DNA from: Octopus bimaculoides
Lineage: Eukaryota
Assembly (NCBI RefSeq): GCF_001194135.2
Contig: NC_068989.1
Location: 35,396,263 to 35,436,585, forward strand
Direction of reading: 5' to 3'
DNA length: 40,323 nt
Shown here: positions 12,731 to 24,074 of the stretch, one piece after another
How positions within the stretch are numbered: position 1 is the stretch's first letter
Layout of the letters: each line of letters opens with the position of its first letter
Translations under genes and position numbers: made by a program
The notes under the pieces: model-generated
Database searches by the model: none
What the model saw: only the letters and a program-made list of their open reading frames with translations
What the model was told of the DNA's origin: nothing

Positions 12731-13194
12731 GTATCCCCCACATTGGGACACTGAATCCCGTACACTGTGCGAGATTCAGTGTCCCTACTAAAGCAGTGAT
12801 TAAAGAAAACAACTTATTTATAAATACAAAACAAAAAATTTCGTGTTTACCTCTTTTGAAGGATGCTTTAGAAGACTATATATCAAGGTTTGTAGAGATA
12901 GAGGTTCGAATTATGCTTAGTTAGCGGTGACAAGTAAATTATGTTAAAAAGTTATTTTTTAATTAAAACATAATTAAAGTTGTATTATAACTAACAGTTA
13001 AAATTGATTGAGATAATGAATAGCTAAGGAGGGAGATACGTGGTACGAAGTATTGACTAACCTCTTAAAACCACGGGAGATATGAGAACGATGATCTCTA
13101 TATAATTTTTTTAGGGCTAAATCAAGGATTACGGTTTTGGTCGAGTATTTATACAGAAAATAATATCTTTAATAGGGATGATTATAAATAGTAA

Positions 13195-13408
13195 TAATTT
13201 CAAATTTTGGTGCAAGACCAGCAATTTTAGGAAAGTAGTTGATTACATCGACCCGAACTACTTGACTAGAAATTATTATACCGATCCTAAAAGGATGAAG
13301 AGTAACGATGACCATGGTGGAATTTGAACTTAGACCGTAATGAATCGGAAAAAATACTGCTAAGCATTTTGTCCCACATTTTAATGATTCTGCCAGCTGG
13401 CCACCCTG

Positions 13409-13410
<2 letters not shown>
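13195..13410 (-). mobile_element. Full-length SINE family A (diverged)
   Basis: Reverse complement has the GGTGGCCAGCTGGCAGAATC head, GTTCAAATTCCACC B-box, CATCCTTTTAGGATCGGTATAA core and GATGTAATCAACT...TTGCTGGTCTTGCACCAAAATTTGAAA tail. Confidence 0.8.
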
Positions 13411-13439
<29 letters not shown>

Positions 13440-13878
13440 NNNNNNNNNNNNNNNNNNNNNNNNNNNNNNNNNNNNNNNNNNNNNNNNNNNNNNNNNNNNN
13501 NNNNNNNNNNNNNNNNNNNNNNNNNNNNNNNNNNNNNNNNNNNNNNNNNNNNNNNNNNNNNNNNNNNNNNNNNNNNNNNNNNNNNNNNNNNNNNNNNNNN
13601 NNNNNNNNNNNNNNNNNNNNNNNNNNNNNNNNNNNNNNNNNNNNNNNNNNNNNNNNNNNNNNNNNNNNNNNNNNNNNNNNNNNNNNNNNNNNNNNNNNNN
13701 NNNNNNNNNNNNNNNNNNNNNNNNNNNNNNNNNNNNNNNNNNNNNNNNNNNNNNNNNNNNNNNNNNNNNNNNNNNNNNNNNNNNNNNNNNNNNNNNNNNN
13801 NNNNNNNNNNNNNNNNNNNNNNNNNNNNNNNNNNNNNNNNNNNNNNNNNNNNNNNNNNNNNNNNNNNNNNNNNNNNNN

Positions 13879-13927
<49 letters not shown>

Positions 13928-14259
13928 ATATTAAGTATGTGATAGAAAGTATGGGCTATTTACGGAGTGCTCATAGACAGTCAATGCGAAAAAATACAGA
14001 GTAAGAGGAAATTGAAAACGCAAATCCTAGGCAGTCAAACAGATTCCCGAACTTATAAATGAAGATATTCAATCAATGTAATTGAATCATATATATTTAT
14101 ACACATCAACATAAATCGTGCATGTGCAAGCGTAAAGATTTTCCAAGGGTATAAAGAATAAAACCAAACATACATAAAAACATAGAAGAAATATAAAAGC
14201 GTATAAAATCACAAATGAATAAAGATTACATGTAAAGAGTTATGCGTAATAAATATAGG

Positions 14260-15310
14260 AGGGGTAAAACGGTCCAGATGGTTCCTCTTATCCTCTAGTG
14301 GCTGTCTGTTGTACTTCTTGTCAAGTTCTCTCCATTCCTGATGGTTTCCACTTGCTTTTGCTTTCCTCCTTCTTGCGACATCTTGTGTGTCGTCTGATAG
14401 CCACGGCCTCTTCAGAGTCCGTCTTTTGGGAATATTCCTCTTCGCAACTACCTTTGTGATGTTGACCATTTTCTCCCAAAGTGCGTCTGATCTCTCCGTT
14501 ATCGTCTGATTGGAGAAGCGGTAGAAATCTATTCTGCATCTCGACACTGAAAGCCTCCGGGATCTTTGTGACGTCGTACCGTGTTGTTTTCGTCTGCTTT
14601 CGCCGTGACCTCATCCGGATCTTAATCGTTGCACACAGCAGTTGATGATCGCTTCTGCAGTCTGCCCCTGGTCGTGTCCTTACATTCATGAGTGCCGACC
14701 TCCATCGTCCTTGAATCATGATGTAGTCAATCTGGTTTCGAAACCGGTCTCCTGGGCTGGTCCAAGTGTACAACCTTCTCGGGTGATGCTGGAAGATGGT
14801 GTTACCGATGACTAGGTTGTTGGTGATACAAAGGTCAACCAAATCCTGTCCTCTTTCATTCCTCTCCCCCAACCCGTGTTGGCCTACACTCGAACTGTTG
14901 GTAATGCTCTTCCCCACTTTGGCGTTCCAATCTCCCATCAAGATAATGACATCTCTCTGTGGAACATTGTCCAGTGTCTGCTGAACAACATCATAGAAAT
15001 TCTGCATTTCTTCTTCACTTGCTTCGCTCGTTGGTGCGTAAACCTGGATGAGTGTAGTGCTTAGAGGGTGACCCCTCAGCCGTATGGTAACGATTCTGTC
15101 ATTGACAGGATTGTATCTCGTGAATGATGGGGTCAAGTCTGTGGACGTCACAAATCCCACTCCATTACGTCGACCGGTCTCCCTTCCTGAGAAGAAGACC
15201 GTGTCTCCACTCTATGCTGTAAATCTTCCCTTACCGTTCCACCAGTGTTCCGACAGCCCAAAGACACTCACTCTGCATCTCTTCATCTCAGATTTGAACT
15301 CACCTTGTAA
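14260..15310 (-). pseudogene. RTE-clade LINE apurinic endonuclease (APE) domain and linker, truncated
   Basis: ORF 14321-15160 contains IQVYAPT, IILMGDWNAKVG, WTSPGDRFRNQIDYIMI and ADCRSDHQLL. Upstream GLSEHWWNGKG...RNGVGFV has a stop. No RT follows. Confidence 0.92.
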
Positions 15311-15399
15311 ATAGGCGAAAAAATACCGCAGAGCATTTATTCAGATTTCTAACGATTTTGTTAATCCATAGCCTAATAGGTGGCAGCTTCGAATTGTTT

Positions 15400-15560
15400 G
15401 CAGAGCCAGCAATTTGCAGGGGACTGTATAGTCAATACTCTCAATCCCAGTACTTGAATGGCACTTTATTTTATCAACCTCGGAGAAATGAGAGGCAAAT
15501 CTGGACTCGACGGGATTTGAACAAAGAATTGAAAAATGTCGGAAGAATTCTCTAACTCGC
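15400..15560 (-). mobile_element. SINE family A, diverged
   Basis: Plus-strand GCCAGCAATTT...AATGGCACTTTATTTTATCAACCTCGGAGAAATGAGAGGCAAA...GGATTTGAAC is the reverse complement of the core and B-box. Confidence 0.65.
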
Positions 15561-16049
15561 GACCTCATCAATGACAAGTCCACGTCTGTCGGATCTAGTT
15601 GACTAACTGATCAAAACGATGAATCAAACAATCGATTAGGTAATTGATTAAATGGCTAGTAAGTTGACTATTAATAAGAAGAAAAAAGGGAAAAAAGATT
15701 CAGTGCGTGTGTTTCTTATTGGCATAATGATTCTCTCAAGATACAACAAAATATTTGTTTCAAGATATAATTTCGCTTCAAGAATCTTGGCAACCATATG
15801 CAAAAACGAAAATTTCGACTCCTTATTTGTGTTTGGGGGGGAAATAGGGTGCAAATATTACCAACACCCGACACAAGTGTCACTCTCTACTATATGAAGT
15901 TGTTAAACTGGCAACAAAAAAAACAGTCAGAAGGGCTTGATCAGCGGTTTTCGACTGGGGTCCATATAGCTCTTGGGGATCTCTTTGGCTTGTGTGGGTC
16001 CAAATATCTTGTGGGGGAGGGGCATACAAGATTTTGTTGTTGAAATTTA

Positions 16050-16200
16050 TGTGCAATGAAACTTGCTTTCCAACCACATGGTTCCAGGTTCAGTCCCACT
16101 TCATGGCACCTTGGGCAAGTGTTTTCTACTATAGCCTTGGGCCGACCAAAGCTTTGGCAGTGGATTTGATAGACGGATACTGAAAGAAGTTCGTCGTATG
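16050..16200 (+). mobile_element. SINE family B, 5' half running into a microsatellite and gap
   Basis: CTTGCTTTCCAACCACATGGTTCCAGGTTCAGTCCCACTTCATGGCACCTTGGGCAAGTG...CTGAAAGAAG. Confidence 0.85.
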
Positions 16201-16208
16201 TATGTATG

Positions 16209-16261
<53 letters not shown>

Positions 16262-17232
16262 NNNNNNNNNNNNNNNNNNNNNNNNNNNNNNNNNNNNNNN
16301 NNNNNNNNNNNNNNNNNNNNNNNNNNNNNNNNNNNNNNNNNNNNNNNNNNNNNNNNNNNNNNNNNNNNNNNNNNNNNNNNNNNNNNNNNNNNNNNNNNNN
16401 NNNNNNNNNNNNNNNNNNNNNNNNNNNNNNNNNNNNNNNNNNNNNNNNNNNNNNNNNNNNNNNNNNNNNNNNNNNNNNNNNNNNNNNNNNNNNNNNNNNN
16501 NNNNNNNNNNNNNNNNNNNNNNNNNNNNNNNNNNNNNNNNNNNNNNNNNNNNNNNNNNNNNNNNNNNNNNNNNNNNNNNNNNNNNNNNNNNNNNNNNNNN
16601 NNNNNNNNNNNNNNNNNNNNNNNNNNNNNNNNNNNNNNNNNNNNNNNNNNNNNNNNNNNNNNNNNNNNNNNNNNNNNNNNNNNNNNNNNNNNNNNNNNNN
16701 NNNNNNNNNNNNNNNNNNNNNNNNNNNNNNNNNNNNNNNNNNNNNNNNNNNNNNNNNNNNNNNNNNNNNNNNNNNNNNNNNNNNNNNNNNNNNNNNNNNN
16801 NNNNNNNNNNNNNNNNNNNNNNNNNNNNNNNNNNNNNNNNNNNNNNNNNNNNNNNNNNNNNNNNNNNNNNNNNNNNNNNNNNNNNNNNNNNNNNNNNNNN
16901 NNNNNNNNNNNNNNNNNNNNNNNNNNNNNNNNNNNNNNNNNNNNNNNNNNNNNNNNNNNNNNNNNNNNNNNNNNNNNNNNNNNNNNNNNNNNNNNNNNNN
17001 NNNNNNNNNNNNNNNNNNNNNNNNNNNNNNNNNNNNNNNNNNNNNNNNNNNNNNNNNNNNNNNNNNNNNNNNNNNNNNNNNNNNNNNNNNNNNNNNNNNN
17101 NNNNNNNNNNNNNNNNNNNNNNNNNNNNNNNNNNNNNNNNNNNNNNNNNNNNNNNNNNNNNNNNNNNNNNNNNNNNNNNNNNNNNNNNNNNNNNNNNNNN
17201 NNNNNNNNNNNNNNNNNNNNNNNNNNNNNNNN

Positions 17233-17600
17233 ACACACACATGCATATCTACATATATGCATTTATACATTACTGCATATATATATAGATACATATAAAT
17301 ATACACAAATATACAAGCAAGGATATATAGATACATACATATATATAGATACTCATGTACATATACACAGATATACATACATACACATATACATGCATGC
17401 ACACATACAGATACATTCACACATGCCATATATACATGAACACATATTTACAAACATATACAGACACACACGCACATATACACATACATTCACACATGCA
17501 CATATACATATATACTTATAGATATATATGTACATAGATATATGCATTCGTACGTACACACACACATGCATACATGCATACACATGCATACATACGAGCA
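17233..17600. repeat. Degenerate (CA)/(TA)/(CATA) microsatellite field
   Basis: Read directly; it produces only spurious H/T/Y/I ORFs. Confidence 0.9.
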
Positions 17601-18607
17601 TTAACCGAAAGCAGTTATCAGACAAGATAGTTACTGACTGACTCAGATGACAATTGAACCGGTAGAAGCGACAGTCAGTCACTTCTATCATCCTTACGCA
17701 CACATACACACCTCCCCCCACACACATACTATATGTATTAACTCGAGACGTGGTGGCTAATGTTCTGATAGGCGAATTTAATAGATTCAAGCTGTGTCAT
17801 TTTGGTACAAGCAATGTTGTTACTTTCTGTTTTCTTTAATGCTCCTCCACCTTCACCACCAACCTTCTCAAGGCTATTATTTACATAGCATACAGTCCAT
17901 CAAATATCCACCCCCTTAATTTACTCCACTCCGACTAACACAGAATGAATAAATAAAATAAATAAATAATATATATCTAAGAAAAAGAAAAAAAAAACAC
18001 AAACCCACATATCCCCTTCCCAACCGCTTTCATCTGCCATCTCTGCGCCAGAAAATCTTTTCATTAATTAATCAACCATTTGCTCAATTAATTAATATAA
18101 CAAGCAAAATATTACATATAAAATTTTGGTCGAGACCTATTATTTTTTTACAGAGCCGGACCTCTTATCCGACTTCCAGAATTTCCAGAAATCCGGAAAT
18201 ACTGTGCAATATCATGCGATATGCTGTACTCTGTATTAAGTAATCAGAACCTGTTTTTGAAGTTGGTTAATTTACATTTTGTTTTTCGTATTTTGAAGAG
18301 GATTGATATAGATTAAACATGCTCTACTTTAGAAATGTATCAATTTGTACCTGCAATTGTTAAAAAAATAATCATGTTCTTTACTTTTCTTCGTGTAATT
18401 TTCATCTTATAAACATTATACTGTATACACAGTAGAGTATGATATATTTCAAGATTTTTAAGTGGATTAATAGATATCTGTAATGATTATTGCTGCATTT
18501 CGTAGAGAAGGTATGTAGTTCTTCAGTCGGAAGATTACCAAAATTGTGATGATAATATGCACATGTTTGCATCACTAAAATTATAACGATTTATATGAAG
18601 CAAATAA

Positions 18608-18712
18608 AATTTTCGGGGATCGATAAAATAAGTAACAGTTGACCATTAGGTTCGGTGTAATCGACTTGCCCCCTCTCCCGAAATTGTTGGCCTTGTGCCA
18701 AAAATTCGAAAC
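18608..18712 (+). mobile_element. SINE family A, 3' part
   Basis: TTTCGGGGATCGATAAAATAAGTAACAGTTGA...GTAATCGACTTGCCCCCTCTCCCGAAATTGTTGGCCTTGTGCCAAAA. Confidence 0.8.
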
Positions 18713-18849
18713 TGATATAGCAAATAAATGAGAGGAAGAAAAGTAATAATTATAATGGCCCTTTATTTTATTGTAACAAAAGAAGATATACTTCGTTGAG
18801 TTGCTGTTATACACATTATTTGCAGTTCTGTCATCCATTCTGAAGGTAG

Positions 18850-19260
18850 TTAACTTAATCTGTGAGTGACTGATAGAAGATGGGTGGAAAAAAGGAGAGG
18901 AAAAAAGGAGAGGAAAAAAAGAGTAAGCGAGTCAACCTCTCCGTGTTGACAAATAGAGAAGGTCAAAGTTATATAGTCGCGCGGAGACAAACCATACTTG
19001 AAGTGAGGAATATACAAATGTGCTCTTCTAGCGAGGGGCCAAGTGAAAGAGGTAGAATCGATTTTGGGTTCTGTATTTATATTATTTCTAACTAAATTAG
19101 GTCAAGCTAAACAAAGAAATTTTTGTCTCTTATCTGCTTTGACCTAAGTTTCACTCGAAAAGTTACGGGTTAACAGTTAACACTCATAAACGTCCTGGGG
19201 AAAAAGTTGAGATCAATAAGAAGAGAACTTGTAGAAAAATTTAGATGCGGTTTCAAATCT
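18850..19260 (-). repeat. Old ~500-bp interspersed repeat, copy 3 (inverted)
   Basis: Reverse complement contains AAAAATTTCTTTGTTTAGCTTGACCTAATT...CGCGACTATATAACTTTGACCTT...TTGTCAACACGGAGAGG, collinear with copy 2. Confidence 0.7.
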
Positions 19261-19453
19261 TGGCTTAGAATTTTGGAAGCTATTTGTTACATATCAAACA
19301 CTCTGCTTTAGAAGTGTATTAGTCTGAATCTATTAAATACTGTTTAGTTATTTCCTTAATAGAAATATTTACACCTAGAATAAGAGTGTTTCCGGGCATC
19401 CACCCAACAGTTATTAAAACAAAGTGTGTGTAATTTTAATTTATTATAGTAGG

Positions 19454-19600
19454 GGCAGGCGTGGATGTATGGTAAAAAGTTTGCTTCCCAACTACATAGT
19501 TCCAGGTTCAGTCTCACTGCTTGGCACCTCGGGCAAGAGTCTTCTACTATAGCCTCTTTCGTGTGGATTTGGTAGGTGGAAACTGAAAGAAGCCCATCGT
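19454..19600 (+). mobile_element. SINE family B, 5' half ending in (TA)n
   Basis: GGCAGGCGTGG...GTTTGCTTCCCAACTACATAGTTCCAGGTTCAGTCTCACTG...CTGAAAGAAGCCCATCG, then (TA)n. The SINE 3' half does not follow. Confidence 0.8.
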
Positions 19601-19759
19601 GTATATATATATATATATATAGTTTTAGAGAAAAGAACCAACGTTCATGAACTCATCCATGAAAATCCACAGTCACATATAGAAAAATTAATAAGTAAAT
19701 GTACGATAAATAAGTTTGATATAATACAAAGTAAAAATCATAAAATAATGATAATAAAA

Positions 19760-19872
19760 CGACTACACGTGTTTCATAACCAAGTTTTCAAATAGGAAAT
19801 AAAATATATTCAAATCGATTAAATCGATTGAAAATCAATTCTATTCAAAAATAAAGCTAATCTTCAGGTCAA
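19760..19872 (-). ncRNA. Type I hammerhead ribozyme motif (Penelope-type minimal HHR with palindromic stem III and a long loop II)
   Basis: Minus strand reads TTGAC-CTGAAGA-TTAGCT...(~70 nt)...GGTTAT-GAAA-CACGTGT-A-GTCG. It has core CUGANGA and GAAA, stem I UGAC/GUCG, stem II UAGCU/GGUUA, palindrome ACACGUGU as stem III, and a GUA cleavage triplet. The 10.1-11.1 pair is U-U rather than G-C. Confidence 0.65.
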
Positions 19873-19874
19873 AA

Positions 19875-20900
19875 TACAACAATAATAAGAAGAAAAAGAA
19901 TGTATATATCAACCAACAATAAATAACAAATGAATGTATATAAAAATATTTATTATATTAAGATAGCAAAATGTTAAACAATATTATTAAAAAGAAATTT
20001 AATACTAATGTTATCGAAAATTATAAACGTGACAAATTAACTTTACGTTTATTATAATATAAACTAACAGAAATATTAAATGCAAATCTTATCTTAACGA
20101 ATCTTTCGTTTAAAATACAATTTAAACGAAGTTTTAGGTTAAACTAAAATTATAAACGTAAAATAAATAACTTTAATTTTAATATAAACTAACAAAAAAT
20201 TAATTTATATAAATTGATTTATATAAAAACAATTATATCACCATTAAATAAAAGAAAAAAAAACATTTAACAAAATGATTGAAAAGAAATACCAAATTTA
20301 TCTAATCGAATCTTTAGTTTAAAAAAAAAATTACTATTAACTTAACCTTAATTAGAATATTAACAAATAATCAAAGAAATTATCTAAAAAAAAAACTACT
20401 TATTTATCCCATAAATCAAAAAGAAATATAAAACAATATTATTGGAAAAAATGCAACCCTAATCTAATCGAAGTTTTGGTTTAAACTAAAATAATAAACT
20501 TAATACTATTAACTGAGTGTTAAATAAGGTATCGGCTAACATTAAATATCAATTGGATAAATATAAGAATACATATTTTTCCAAACAATGATAGAAAATC
20601 ATTTAACAATATTAATGAAGATAAAAGCAATACTTTTCTCAACGATGCTATAGTTTAAACTAAAAGTTTTAGACGTTAAACTCAGAACTAAGCGTTTATT
20701 AGAAAGAAGTCGCGTGAAGATATTGCGTAAAGAAAAAGAATAGAATAAAGAGGTATCAAAACATGACTGAAAGTTTTATTTATAAGATCATGAATGAAAA
20801 TTAAAATTTATATAACTTAAATCATAATAAAACAATTAACTATATTGTAAACATTTTATTGAACGTTAAAATAGTTGCAACTAATATTAATGAGTCCATC
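19875..20900. repeat. Very AT-rich block with a degenerate recurrent motif (~160-180-bp spacing)
   Basis: AAYGAWKYTWTNGKTTAAA-like motif at about 20096, 20125, 20304, 20466 and 20641; a longer duplication at 20019-20075 vs 20148-20200. Confidence 0.55.
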
Positions 20901-20912
20901 ACACTTTGACAC

Positions 20913-21473
20913 TTTTGGAAGAGATACGATATCTACAAGGCTGTACAGAACATAGCAGTGGCATGGAATGATGCACAGAACACGGCTATGAATGGTGTAT
21001 GGAAGAAGTTTTGCCCGCAATTCGTGAATGATTTTCAGGGGTTTGATAATGTTGCCATCAACAAAACGTTGGTAATTACGAGCAAAGAACTGGAAATGGA
21101 TTTGGAGGAGGATTTCACAGATTTATTTGAAAAAGACAAGCAGCCCCTGACGAACGAGCATTTGAGAGAGCTCCACGAGCAGCAAAATAAAAAAGAAGAG
21201 GAAGTCGAACCTGAGCCACGTCACTTTACCATTAAGAAAATTCAGCAAGCATTTGCGTATATCGAAAAAGGTCTTTCTATGTTCGAGGATATGGATCCAA
21301 ATGCTCAACGCTTTTCCAATATTATGGAGGCTTTTGCTTCTTATAATGTAATCCTTGAGGGAAAGAAAACAGTTCAAAGAACTCTCAACCGATCTTTTAA
21401 GCGCATCGAACAAGAACAGCAAGACTCAGCTGTTGATGTTGACGATCCACAGCCATCAACATCCGCGATGTAA
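20913..21473 (+). pseudogene. Tigger/pogo-family transposase, C-terminal fragment
   Basis: FWKRYDIYKAVQNIAVAWNDAQNTAMNGVWKKFCPQFVNDFQGF...PLTNEHLREL...FTIKKIQQAF...FEDMDPNAQR matches the post-DDD tail of Tigger1/TIGD-type proteins. The catalytic core is absent. Confidence 0.85.
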
Positions 21474-22093
21474 ACCACCGAATTGTGTGTACGTATTGAT
21501 AAATTAAAATTTTTTTAGTGTCTTTTTACTACTGCAAAATAATAATAATTACTGAATTTGTTTTTTAAGCTTTAAAAAGGCTTTTATTTTACCATGTCTT
21601 ATTGCAAACCGCATTCATAAATAAAGCGTCCGTGATATACGGTAAACACCGCCAAATTGTATTCCTAAATTTAAATTACTTATTTGTTTTTACTGTTCTG
21701 TATTAAAAAATAACGATTCATTGTTTTGCAAGCTTAAAACAGACACACACACACATGGCAAATGAAAGACGGTAGATGGAATATACGAGTATTTATTATT
21801 AATCACGNNNNNNNNNNNNNNNNNNNNNNNNNNNNNNNNNNNNNNNNNNNNNNNNNNNNNNNNNNNNNNNNNNNNNNNNNNNNNNNNNNNNNNNNNNNNN
21901 NNNNNNNNNNNNNNNNNNNNNNNNNNNNNNNNNNNNNNNNNNNNNNNNNNNNNNNNNNNNNNNNNNNNNNNNNNNNNNNNNNNNNNNNNNNNNNNNNNNN
22001 NNNNNNNNNNNNNNNNNNNNNNNNNNNNNNNNNNNNNNNNNNNNNNNNNNNNNNNNNNNNNNNNNNNNNNNNNNNNNNNNNNNNNNNNNNNNN

Positions 22094-22469
22094 TAGATGG
22101 ATAGGTTGTTGTTGTTGAGCCACCTAATGTGACCTACTCAAAAGTCTGTAATCTCATTTGGTGGTAGACCCGGATGAAAAATATATAAACAAGATTGTAA
22201 CTTTAAATACGCTTATTGTGGCCACACGTATATACACAACGGAATGATAAGTGGAATGATTGGTGCGTAGAAGCCATGGTCTTCTGTGCTATGCTCCTAT
22301 CTGCAAGCTGCCGTGTGGTATGAGAGAGAGCCAGTCAGGTTGTGTCTTCACAGCTCGCTTCCCAGTGCAAAAAGAGAAAGTGATGAGTGTGTGAACCTTA
22401 ATGTTGCGTAACGCCCTCTATATGTTCAACTTGTTTAACCCGCTGTCGAGGGATGCAACTGCGCTTACA
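22094..22469 (-). repeat. 3' LTR (far end lies in the gap)
   Basis: Aligns to 24075-24428 at roughly 90% by eye. Starts TGTAAGCGCAG on the minus strand, preceded by PPT-like AAGAGAGG. Confidence 0.88.
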
Positions 22470-22719
22470 GAGGACCTCTCTTAGACCGGAAGCAGTCGAT
22501 TAATAGTAGTGTAGGCGGAATGTGCACTAGGAGGGCACAGAAGAATGAACCATGGCAAAAACAGTTGTATGAGAAATTGAAATTGAAAAAAAATTACGAT
22601 GCAAGTATGTACAGGGAAAACGTTCAGCAAAGAAAGGTGTGCAATCAAATAGTACAAAGCATATATGTATAATGATACAGAAAGAGAGAAAATATGAATG
22701 CGGTGTCTATAGCAACATA

Positions 22720-23930
22720 AGTCTATTCTCCGGAACAGTCACTGGCTAGGCAAAGAAATGAAAATAGCCTGAGACAATTTCTTCGGCCAATGAACCGATC
22801 TGCCAGAACGTGTCCTGTAAGGTGAAGAATGCGTTTGTGTAGTTGGTGTTTTGGTGAGTGGAGGTGGTGCTTGTGGGGGTTGGGTGGCAGTGTTTGTGGA
22901 ATGATGAGTGTGCCAGCAAGTGGCATAAATGTTTCGGAAAAGGCTCTTTTTTTTTCCCTGAATGTCAACAGTGAATAGTTTCGGTGTGCTTTTAAGAACG
23001 CGACTGGGTCCTGTGTAGAGAGGTGTGAGCGGTCCCTTGACGGCATCATTTCTTATAGACACGTGGGTCCAGCTAGAAATATCTGGAGGTACTGCAGAGG
23101 NNNNNNNNNNCCCTGAATGTCAACAGTGAATAGTTTCGGTGTGCTTTTAAGAACGCGACTGGGTCCTGTGTAGAGAGGTGTGAGCGGTCCCTTGACGGCA
23201 TCATTTCTTATAGACACGTGGGTCCAGCTAGAAATATCTGGAGGTACTGCAGAGGAAATAGATTGGTCATGAGGAAGCATCGATGGCAGGCCAGTAAAGA
23301 ATGACCTGAGTCGCGTGACGCAAGATGTGGGACCCGCATTCGGTAAGTCGACGGGCGCCAACATGTGTCCAGGAAGTGCTAAGGTGGTGCTATACAGGAG
23401 CTCAGCGGAGGAGTAGCCTAAATCCTCCTTGACAGCTGAGCGACACCCTAGCAGAACAATGAGGAGAAATTCGGACCAACGATGAGGGTCAGGAGCCGTG
23501 CGAATAGCGGCTTTGAGCTGTCGGTGGAATTTTTCCACCGTTCCTTTCGCGGTGGGATGGTAACTGGTGGTGTGCATGTACTGAACTCCGAGCAATCTCG
23601 AAAGCTCATGGAACAGACAAAGCTTCAAATTGGCGTCTACAATCAGTAGTAATTCTAGAGAGTACTCCGAAGCGAGATATCCACCTAGAGATGAGTGCTC
23701 TGGCGACTGTTTCCGCGGAAATGTCCACGAGAGGGATGACTTCAGGCCATCTGGAGAAACGGTCGATGCAGGTCAATATAAAGTAAATCTGCAACTGACC
23801 GGCCAAGGACCAACCAGGTCGATGTGTATGTAATGGAACCTTGTGTCCGGTGGCTGAAAGTGTCCAAGTAATGCTCTCACGTGACGATGCACCTTGGAAC
23901 GCTGACATGGTAGGCAGGCACATGACCAAG
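22720..23930 (-). pseudogene. Gypsy integrase core and GPY/F-like tail, frameshifted
   Basis: [65 protein letters not shown] and PLTPLYTGPSRVL. Confidence 0.92.
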
Positions 23931-24055
23931 CAGTATTAGACCGTCGCGAAGGAGAAAAAAGAATACGTATTCACTAATCTGAATTCGTCCGGTGTTCACC
24001 AGCTTAGAAGTATAGTTCTGTTCCGCGTCGCATCACCATTACAGATGGATAGTTG

Positions 24056-24073
24056 TCCATGTCGGGGTCACCA
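24056..24073 (-). promoter_or_regulatory. Primer-binding site complementary to the tRNA-Trp 3' end
   Basis: Minus strand TGGTGACCCCGACATG directly after the LTR end. Metazoan tRNA-Trp ends ...CACGTCGGGGTCACCA, giving one mismatch in 16. Confidence 0.85.
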
Positions 24074-24074
24074 T

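Noticed and set aside
15942-16020. CAGCGGTTTTCGACTGGGGTCC, resembling a hAT/Charlie terminus
   Set aside because: No partner TIR or 8-bp TSD was found, and it is too short to support a call.
15941-17537. Long ORFs spanning N gaps (also at 377-809, 7052-7650, 8358-9029, 13169-14004, 31607-32486 and 36243-37345)
   Set aside because: They are open only because Ns and dinucleotide microsatellites lack stops; there is no coding evidence.
18485-18535. Minus-strand CTGAAGA...GAAA spacing suggestive of another hammerhead
   Set aside because: Stems I, II and III do not pair convincingly, so it is probably chance.
22956-23255. Exact 145-bp direct duplication (22956-23100 and 23111-23255) inside the integrase
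   Set aside because: The identical copies flank a 10-N gap, the signature of unmerged overlapping contig ends, so it is an assembly artefact.
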